A model generated the notes under the pieces. The model was not told where the DNA came from. It did no database searches and saw only the letters and a program-made list of their open reading frames with translations. From Chromera velia (lineage: Eukaryota): a stretch of DNA of 20,000 nt. The stretch is taken from NCBI GenBank assembly GCA_018398765.1, contig JAHBMJ010000488.1:107397-127396 (forward strand). The letters are read 5' to 3'. Made by a program: the position numbers and the translations under genes. This document shows, piece after piece, positions 1 to 8,317 of the stretch (position 1 is its first letter; each line of letters opens with the position of its first letter).

Positions 1-260
1 CAAGAGATGTCAGAGTTTTCTCTCCCCTTTCCGCAGTACAGCTCCTTTATTCCACACTTCACAACTGTGATCATTATGCACTTCCTGTACAACGTCATTT
101 CTAATCTTCGTTCGGGGCAAGAATGTGCCGATCTCCTCAGTTTCTTTGACTCTCTCCTCCCATCGAGTCTCAATGTGCGAGAAATCAGTGTCGACCCTCA
201 CCTCTTTGAGTGCTTGCACCTCCTCAATACTCCGCATCCTTCCTTCCTTTCTTTGTGCAG

Positions 261-689
261 TTCTCCCAATGTCCTGCTGGCTGGCGTCCCGTCCAAGTGA
301 TCACTCGGGGCTCTATCGGGGCGTCTGGGGGAGACGATCACAGAGAGCACTTCCAGTCCGCCTTCCTCGCCAGGGAGTCTCCCTTCGAGAGGGGGTACCA
401 GATCAAGGCCGTACAGGCAGTCGGAAGCCCCAGGGGAGGCGGGAGCATGCACGCGACCGCCAACCTGACCCTCATGAAGACCTCCTCTGCCTCTGGGGCC
501 TCTGCTACCGCCACTGCGACCACAGGAGGACACCCAGGCGAGCTCTCTGCCCAGATCCGGGGTATGCTGGACTCTCTTGAGCGCATCTCCCGTCTCTCTA
601 CTGGCCAGGTGCCCGCCACTGTGGAGCGTCTCTCTCAGACGGAGACGGCACTTCGCAGCGCTCTGAAGGAGAAAGGGGACCTTGTGGAG
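261..689 (+). CDS. Exon 1 in window (FSQCPAGWRP...ALKEKGDLVE)
   Basis: Pyrimidine tract + tgcag acceptor ending 260; donor GTCGGT at 690; 143 codons. Confidence 0.85.
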
Positions 690-3600
690 GTCGGTCTGTC
701 TGTCTGTCTGTTTCATTGTTGCTGCTTTGTTCGTAAGCTTGTTTTTTGAAGTTTCAAGATGTCGATACTGAGGCAAGTGCAGAAGGGACGTGGAGAGCAG
801 GTGCTTTTTGCTCTCGCATTGACTCGTTTGTCTGTTTTCCCTTTTTTTCCTTTCTGTCAGGAAGCTGTCCTGATTAGGAGTTCAGGTAATGTGTGGAGTC
901 AGCGCCAAAAAAACGGCTCGCTTAATGATCTTGTCACTTCTTTCGTTTTTGTTTCCCATCGTTTTGCGTTTCCCTGACGTGTTTCCTTGCTTATTTTCTT
1001 TGCAGAGGCTGCACCACCTCGAGAAGAGCAGGAGGGAGCTGCACCACCAGGTGGAGGACCTGAAGGTGAAGCAGGCGCAGGCGCTGTCGAGGCTCCAGGA
1101 GGAGAGGGAGAGACTCGTGAAGGCCCAGAAGGATACCGTCACAAGGCTCCAGTCGGAATTCAACAAAGAGAGAAAGAACCTCGCAGAGAACCTCCAGGGA
1201 GTCGAGGAGGTGAGTGAGTCGGGGGAAAGGCTTTCGAGCTCTCTATGCGTGTGTGCACGTGTGTGTGAAACCACCTTTTTTGTTTGCGTCTCTTTCTCTT
1301 TCTTGTTTGGCCCATCCTTCTCTGTCGATTAGGAAGCCCTCTTGTCGGAACTTTCCCCTCGCTCTGTGGGTCTGGATGTCTGTGTGTGTGTACGTATATG
1401 GACATGTAAGTGTATGTACATGTATATGTATGTGTGTGAGCATGTGCAGGCGTACGCATCCCAGGCCAAGACAGGACAGCGACTGCAGTCAGAGGTGACC
1501 GGGCTCAAGACGGCACTGCAGGTGTGCCTGCTGCTCTTTCTTTTTGTTCTCTTCTCTTCTATTTTCCTTCTCTTCTCTTCCTTTCTCTTCTCTTCTCTTC
1601 TCTTCCTTTCTCTTCTTCCTTCCTTCCTTCCTTCTTCGTTCGTTGCTTCCCATCTTCCTCCCCCCTCTCCTTCCTGCCTTCGTTTCTTCACATCGCCTTT
1701 CGTCACATCTTTCTTGATTCCGTTCTGTTCTGTTTTTGCTTCCGATTCCATTGCGTTTGTCCTTCTGACTCCAGTCTGTGGTCTCTCTCGATTTTGTATC
1801 CTAGTCTGAGTGACGCGACTCAACTCAACCCCCTGATTGCAGAAGGAGGGCGAGGAGAAGAGGAAGTATGAGGACAAGGTGAAGGACCTGCAGAAGGTCG
1901 GTCTTTCTGTCTGTCTGTCGTGTGCGTGGGCCTTCTCATTCTCCTTTCCCTTCTTTGCGTTTTGATGTTCCGGTATGCATTCCGGTCCTTGGCCTGCCTG
2001 GCTGTCCTAGCTGTTCCTCCATTTACCGTCTCTATGCCGGGAGGGGAGAGAAGGAAGTGAGGGGGGGAGGGTGGAAGTATATGAAAGTCCGTCTCAGAGC
2101 GTTTTTCTACGCACCACCTTTGTCTCTCTATCCATCCTTCCTTGAGCTCCTTTTCCTTCTGTTTTTCTGCTTGACTGACTCGACGCATGGTTGCTGAATT
2201 GTCTGCACGGCTCCCTCCCTCCCCCTTGTTTCTTCCTTGCTTGTTGCTGTTGCAGCTCCTGAACGAGACCGTCATGGCCGGACAGAAGACTGCGGTGGAA
2301 TGGAAGGCGGTGAGTGAGTCAGTCATTCAGTGCCCCCGCCCTCCACACACACACACACACACACACATACACACACACGAAGGGATGGATCTGTGTGTCA
2401 TAAAAGCATCAGCAAAAAGCCTAGAAGGGAGGGACAGAGGAGCTTCGAGACCCGTCCTTTTGAGCGACAAGTGACTTTGCTGGGGGGATCTGTTTGACTC
2501 TGACGTCCTCCGACCATGGATGTCTGAATGTTCTATCCCCTCCCTTGTTTTTCCCGTTTCAGAGAGAGACAAAGATTTTTTTTTCTCTCTTTCCATTCGA
2601 ATGCGTTTTCTCTCCTCTTTGCGTTTCCCACTCCTTCCATGTCTTGCCCGCACTCCGCAACACTCCTAAAAAAGTCTTCTCTTTTCATTTGCATTCATTT
2701 ATTGCACCCACACCGGCATGAATGTGTCTCTCTCTTGCTTGAATCTGGGTGTTGCAGAAGTGCGACGAGATCGAGACAGCCAAGAGAGGAGTCGAGAGGG
2801 TTCTGCAGGAGGCACAGAAGGTCAGGCAGCCTGGCAGCAGTCGGTGTGTGTGGCCGGCCGATCTTCGGGCCTCTCTGTCTATGTATGTCCCTTGGACGAT
2901 TGAAGGTATCTGTTGTGTTGGTTGACATTTCTATTTCCGTTTCTCTCCTTCTAGGAGGTCCTCTCTTTTGGATGGGTTCTAGCATCATTCGAATGTTTCT
3001 TTCTGCGTACCCTCATTCAACTCACTGCATGGGCGCTGCTTTCCTTCTTTGGTTTGTCTACAGGAACTGATCCACGTGAAGACCGACAACGCCGCTGCAG
3101 CACAGCAGTCCAAGCAGGTTAGGGGGGGAGGCTCCCGCCGTCATTCGGTCCTTTTCTCTTTCCCTTCCGTTTCTGCTGCTGCTATGTTTACTTCCTTCTC
3201 TACTGCTTTGCCCAGAAATGGTCTGCGCTCCACCCCACACCCCCACAGACAAACAGACAGACACACACACACACACACACACACATACAGATGCACGAAG
3301 GAAGGAAACAGGGACACGGCTCAAATTGTTCCGTCTCCGTCTGTCTCGTTCATTGGGTTGTTGATAGGGCGGATGGTCGGTGTGCGTGTGTGTGTTCGCA
3401 AAGGTGTATGCAATTCTGATTGTACCTGTGTGTGTGTGTGTGTGTATTTTCATTAAGATGTATACAATTCTGATTGTACTTGTGAATATGTGTGCAGGCC
3501 GTGCGCTTCCTGAACGACGAGAGAAAGCAGCTCGAGAACAGGGTGCAGTTCCTCGAAGAGGTCAGTCACTATTCTTCTTCTTTGTGTGTCTGTCAGTCTG

Positions 3601-6600
3601 CCTGAATATACTTTGCTTCCTATCGGTAGAAGTTTTCCCCTGTGTGTCTCCCTGTCCCCCCCCCCCCCCCCCCNNNNNNNNNNNNNNNCCCCCCCCCTTT
3701 CCTTCCTCTGTCTGAATGTGCGCACGTGCGTGTTTCCAAAGTGTGAGTCTAGCTCACGTAAGAAAACGAGCGCGTCATTTCGGTCTTCGGATGTCTAAAT
3801 GACAGACACAAAGACACCAAATGTCCCGCCCCTCTCTCCCTCTTTCTCTTTCTCTTTCTGCCTCTTCCTTCAGGATCTGGCCACGGAGAAGGAGGCGAGA
3901 GAGAAGCTGGTGGACAAGTGCGAAACACTGAACAAGGTCTGTCTGTCGGTGTGACCGTCTTTCTCTTTGTTTGCAAATACCTGTTTTGCTTCCTGTACCG
4001 TTTTTCTTTTTTTGCGTTGTCTTCTGCAGTCCTGTAATTCACCCATTCACTCGCTCTTTGCACCCCTTTTTCTATGTCTGCTCTCCTCCCGTCTCTGTCT
4101 CTCTCTGTCTCTTGTCCCTCTGGATCCCCCCCCCCCTGCGTTTCCCTCCCTGTTTCGCTGTCTTGTTTTCTGCGTACGCCTTAGAGTATTGTTCTTTCCT
4201 GCCTGTGCACTCATTTATGTATTCATTCATTCATTCATTCATTTGTGCGCGCAGTCTCTCCAGTCGAGAGCTCCGGTGTCGGTGGAAGACCACGCAAAGA
4301 TGGCAGAGGTCGGTGGAAGGGGGGAAAGCGGGAGGGGAGGGGAGAAGAGAAGGGGTGACATTATGGAAGAATCGAAAAGCTTATCACGAGGAGGATTTCA
4401 ATGCCCTCCCTGTCTGCTAAAGCCACCCACCAAGCCAAACGCCTGCCTAACCGTCGAATTTCATTTGTCCATCTATTTTTATATCTCGATTCTGATCGTT
4501 TTCTCTGTTTTGTCTGTCTACCTCTGTCGAAGAACAACAAAGACTTTCTGTCTGTCTGCCTGACTTGCACTTCTGCAGGAACTCGACCGGCTGAAGACAG
4601 AGCGCGACTCTCTCAGAGGAGACATCGGACTCTACAGAAAGGTGGGTCAGTTCATCCCGGGGTGAGGAGAGCTCAGAAGTCTTTGCAGTGCAACGTTGAT
4701 TCTTCCCATTTTTGTCTATCTGCCCTGGCTTTTTCGTCTTCCCCAGTGACAGGCGCACTCTGGATCAACTCCTCGAGCAGTCTTGTTTCTTCTTTCTGGC
4801 TTCTATTTCCCTTCGGACAGTGAAGCCCGCATTTCACAGTTTCAACGATTCTCACGAAACAGTTCTTCCCTCCCCCCCCGGTGTGTGGTGGCTGCTGCCT
4901 GGTGTTCTGCAGGAGACGGGAGACTACAAAGTTCGCATTGCAGAGCTCACGGGAACCTCCAGCCGTCTCCAGAGGGTCGGTTTCTGTTTTTCTTTTCTTT
5001 GGGTTTTCAGAGGGTTGATTGGTTCGCTTGTTGGTTGATAGATTCACGGGTGGGTATTTGCTATTTCGTCGCCGTCTCTCTGCATTGGCTGTTTGTTTCC
5101 CCCCTCAGCTTTCTTTTCGTGTCTACCGGCGTCTTTTGCTCTCTTCTTTCTTGTGAATACTTCCTTCCTGCTTACTCTTGTTCTCTTTGCTCTGCCCACC
5201 CTTCGAGAAATGAATTTTCCAAAAGCAGGGGAGGAGGAAGTCAAAAAGGAACGAGGAAGTACATGCAGGGGGAACGAATGAGCAAATGGACATTTCGACA
5301 CTGGGATGAGTGAGCGACAAAATGACTGACTTAAAGATTGAATGAATGAATGAATAAATGAACGAATGAATGTATGGATGACTCAATGAATAGACGAGTG
5401 AGTGAGTGAGTGAGTGAGTGCAGGACTGCGACCTTCTCCAGAAGTCCATGAGTTCCTTCAGAGAGGTGGCCACCAAGTCAAAGGAGAAGGTGGCGGCCCT
5501 CGAGAGTGAGTGCGAACAGCTGCGAAAGGAGAAGGAGCAAGCTGAGGAGGTCAGCAGTGCTCACTGTCTCGTTCTGTTCGTCGTCACTGTCTCTTTGTGG
5601 CCGGGAGGCCCTCTGTTTCCATACCTCACCCTGGCTTGACGTCTGTAAGCTCCGTGATGATCGTAGAGCTACCTTCTTCCCACGGGACTTCGAGGAAATC
5701 CACTGAGTGTGCCCTATTTTTATCACTCCCGTCTGCCCTGGTTGCTCATTTTTGTTGGCCTGCATCCCTGCCTGCCTGCCTACTCGTCTGTCTGCAGGCC
5801 CTGAAAGAAGTCGAGAGTGAGAAGACCCGCCTTCTCGAATTGAACAACGGCCTCCGAAAGGTGAGGAGAGGAGAGGGTGCACACACACAAACACACGCAC
5901 TTGCTTCAGTGGAATGAGGAGAGGAGAGAGGGAAGAAAGGGAATTGCGTGCCTTCCTGTCTTGCTCTCATTGCTCTCCTTCCTTCTTGGGTGTCCTGTCT
6001 ACACTCCGTTCCCTCAAATGTGACTGCACGGAGGAAGCCAAAGACTTCTTTCTGTAACAGTCCAGAAAGATGCATGCGTGAGAACCTTTGTATGAAGTGC
6101 ATGCACCGTTCGATTTTGTCCCCATGTGACCCCCTAGCTCTCTCTCTCTATCAACAGCTCAAAGTTCCAACACGACTTCCCTACCTCTTCTTCTTCGCTC
6201 TCTCCTTACCTGCCTATCTATCTATTCTACAGGATCTCTGCGGATTCCGCGACCGTCTTGACAACTTGGAGCGACAGATCAAGAGCGTCAGTCAGGCAGG
6301 CAGGCAGGCAGGGAGTGAGAGGGGGGGAGGGTACGGGGGAAACTTCTTTTGTGGGTGTACAGTAGCAAGACTGACTCTGGGAACCGCGTGTATTCAAACC
6401 AATTATTCTGGTGCGAGAGGGCTGTCAGCAGGAAAAGAGCGAGGAAGGAAAGGGATTGGAAGACAGAAAGCATGGAGTTGAAAAGAGTGAAGAAGATTTG
6501 AAAGGGAAAAAGCCAGGCAATTTGGTTGTTGCAACATCATACCTCCTTCTGCCTCTCTCTGTCGTTCCCTTATTTCCTCACCTCTCTCTTTCCCCCCCGT

Positions 6601-6888
6601 TCTCTCTCTTGCAGAGTCTCACCCCTCCATCCCCCGACGCGGCGGCACCCTCTTCTTCTTCTTCTACCTCTTCCTCTTCCTCCAAGGAGGCCCCCTCCTC
6701 CCTTCCCCTCTCGGCCGCACAGACCCAAAAGATCACCGACGTCATCAAAAACAGGGGACACAAGGTGCTCTCCTCAGACGCTCCCTCTTCCTCATCCTCA
6801 TCAGACTCCGACCGTGCGAGTCACCAGGCCTCCTGGCAGCACAACTGGAGAGTTTTGGCAGGGGACAAGAAAGCAAAGTTCCACCCTG

Positions 6889-6923
<35 letters not shown>

Positions 6924-8317
6924 GCAGCCGCAAAGACGCGTGAACCTTCGCCGTCTGCGAAGACGCCCGTGAAGGTAGGTGAGTGGGTGTGAGGATTCGA
7001 TTCTTCTGTTCTTTTTGTGGTGATGGCCAGAGGTGAAGGCAGAGAGAATGAATGCGTTGTCTCATCTGCATCTCCAGTCGAGAGGGGGGGAGAGAGAACA
7101 AAGAGAGGGAGAACCCCCCTTCAGCTTTGCTGAGACCTGATGAGTCGTTGATGTCTGTCTCTCTTGTTCTCCAAAACTGTCGATTTTCAACAGAACCAGA
7201 AAGACGTACAGACAGAAAATCTCGGTATTGACTCTCTGGGGTCTTCTTTGCGTCTCTTTATGCTTCGCTTCATGCCAGGATTGCGTTTTCTTCTCTTCCC
7301 TTTTTTCCCTTTCTTTTTCTGTTTTTCTCTCTTCGTGTGTGAGTGTCTCTCTCTGCAGCCCTCTGAGACCTTCCTTCGTCGTCTGTCTCTGTACGGAGAC
7401 CTCAGACGTCCCGAGTCCCTCAGCAACGAAGACGCATGGGCCATGATGGTGGATGCGGGTGAGAACGGGAGCGTTGAAGAGCTGCAGTGGCTGAGTGAGA
7501 CGAGTGGATTCTCGAGATTCAGGGGCTTCTCTCGTTTCCCTAGAGGGGTCGAGGGGTCTTCTTCGTCTTCCGGGGTTGAAGAGGAGAAGGAGAAAGACGG
7601 AGAAAAGAGAGCACTGAACGCCCTCTTGATCGGGGCCGCGCAGGGCAACAGGGTAGACAACCTTCGTTGGGCTCTCGAGAGGGGTGCACGTGTGTCGTCT
7701 TTGGGTTTGATGTTGATGATCTTGGCGTCTATGCGGGGGCACTTCGGGGTGATCCACTTCTGCCACAAAACGGCCGGCATCAACTGGTACCCCCAGTGTG
7801 CGGAGTATGCAGCCAAGAGGGGACACCTCGAGCTCCTCAAGGTGAGTCAGTGGGTTTTTTTTTTTCCTCTTCCTTTTTTGTTTTTATCTTCACTCCCTTT
7901 TTCCTTTCTTTCTTCCGTGCGTGCACCCGTTCGTTCCTTTCTTCTTGGCTCTCTTTTAGGTTTTCTGAAAGGGCGCGGGCAGGTCTTTTGGAGTTATTTT
8001 TGCTCTACTGTCGATCTTTCTTCACGTCTTTCAGCGTTTCGTGTACGGAGATCCTACAAGACGAACTTTGACCAAGCCCAAATGGGGGCATGCAATATAG
8101 GCGCGCTCTCCTCGTTGCGACATCGATCCTTTTTTTTTCCCTTGCTCGCTTTGTGTAACGCGTCTCTCTGCAGACCCTGAGAGCGAACGGCTACGAGCTC
8201 CGTTTGGATTCGCTTCGTCAGGCAGCGCTCCAAGAAGCAGAGAAGAAGGAGAGAGCGTCAGAGAAGTCGGCCCAGGAGTCCGTTGTGCAGTGGGTGGACA
8301 GCCTCCAGCAGAATTAA
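261..8317 (+). CDS. Multi-exon gene (5' end outside window): coiled-coil protein with Ser/polyQ linker and C-terminal ankyrin-like repeats, >=821 aa
   Basis: Manually spliced exons 261-689, 1006-1209, 1450-1521, 1843-1896, 2256-2309, 2758-2820, 3064-3117, 3498-3560, 3874-3936, 4255-4308, 4579-4641, 4913-4975, 5424-5549, 5798-5860, 6233-6286, 6615-6974, 7359-7841, 8174-8317. All are bounded by CAG acceptors and GT donors and join in phase 0 into 2466 nt of open frame ending at TAA 8315-8317. E/K/L/Q-rich heptads; ankyrin-like motif CAEYAAKRGHLELLK|TLRANG spans the last intron. Confidence 0.88.
1006..1209 (+). CDS. Exon 2, coiled coil (RLHHLEKSRR...NLQGVEE)
   Basis: ttgcag acceptor; GTGAGT donor at 1210; 68 codons. 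Confidence 0.9.
1450..1521 (+). CDS. Exon 3 (AYASQAKTGQRLQSEVTGLKTALQ)
   Basis: gtgcag acceptor; GTGTGC donor at 1522; 72 nt. Confidence 0.82.
1843..1896 (+). CDS. Exon 4 (KEGEEKRKYEDKVKDLQK)
   Basis: ttgcag acceptor; GTCGGT donor; 54 nt. Confidence 0.85.
2256..2309 (+). CDS. Exon 5 (LLNETVMAGQKTAVEWKA)
   Basis: ttgcag acceptor; GTGAGT donor; 54 nt. Confidence 0.87.
2758..2820 (+). CDS. Exon 6 (KCDEIETAKRGVERVLQEAQK)
   Basis: ttgcag acceptor; GTCAGG donor; 63 nt. Confidence 0.83.
3064..3117 (+). CDS. Exon 7 (ELIHVKTDNAAAAQQSKQ)
   Basis: ctacag acceptor; GTTAGG donor; 54 nt. Confidence 0.85.
3498..3560 (+). CDS. Exon 8 (AVRFLNDERKQLENRVQFLEE)
   Basis: gtgcag acceptor; GTCAGT donor; 63 nt. 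Confidence 0.87.
3656..3697. other. Poly-C tract containing a 15-N assembly gap (3674-3688)
   Basis: Seen directly; lies within intron 8. Confidence 0.95.
3874..3936 (+). CDS. Exon 9 (DLATEKEAREKLVDKCETLNK)
   Basis: cttcag acceptor; GTCTGT donor; 63 nt. Confidence 0.87.
4255..4308 (+). CDS. Exon 10 (SLQSRAPVSVEDHAKMAE)
   Basis: gcgcag acceptor; GTCGGT donor; 54 nt. Confidence 0.8.
4579..4641 (+). CDS. Exon 11 (ELDRLKTERDSLRGDIGLYRK)
   Basis: ctgcag acceptor; GTGGGT donor; 63 nt. Confidence 0.87.
4913..4975 (+). CDS. Exon 12 (ETGDYKVRIAELTGTSSRLQR)
   Basis: ctgcag acceptor; GTCGGT donor; 63 nt. Confidence 0.85.
5424..5549 (+). CDS. Exon 13 (DCDLLQKSMS...KEKEQAEE)
   Basis: gtgcag acceptor after a (GAGT)n run; GTCAGC donor; 126 nt. 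Confidence 0.85.
5798..5860 (+). CDS. Exon 14 (ALKEVESEKTRLLELNNGLRK)
   Basis: ctgcag acceptor; GTGAGG donor; 63 nt. Confidence 0.87.
6233..6286 (+). CDS. Exon 15 (DLCGFRDRLDNLERQIKS)
   Basis: ctacag acceptor; GTCAGT donor; 54 nt. Confidence 0.83.
6615..6974 (+). CDS. Exon 16, Ser/Pro-rich linker with polyQ
   Basis: ttgcag acceptor; GTAGGT donor at 6975; 120 codons. Confidence 0.85.
6891..6923 (+). repeat. Coding (CAG)9-CAA-CAG tract encoding Q11
   Basis: Seen directly in exon 16. Confidence 0.95.
7359..7841 (+). CDS. Exon 17, ankyrin-like repeat region
   Basis: ctgcag acceptor; GTGAGT donor at 7842; motifs GAAQGNRVDNLRWALERGA, LASMRGHFGVIHF, YAAKRGHLELLK. Confidence 0.88.
8174..8317 (+). 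CDS. Terminal exon (TLRANGYELR...WVDSLQQN*)
   Basis: ctgcag acceptor; completes the ankyrin-like GHLELLK-TLRANG motif; TAA at 8315-8317. Confidence 0.85.
   Translation, partial: TLRANGYELRLDSLRQAALQEAEKKERASEKSAQESVVQWVDSLQQN

Noticed and set aside
7194..7224. Possible micro-exon after ttttcaacag in intron 16
   Set aside because: The only phase-compatible donor (GTACAG) is weak, and the intron is of normal length without it.
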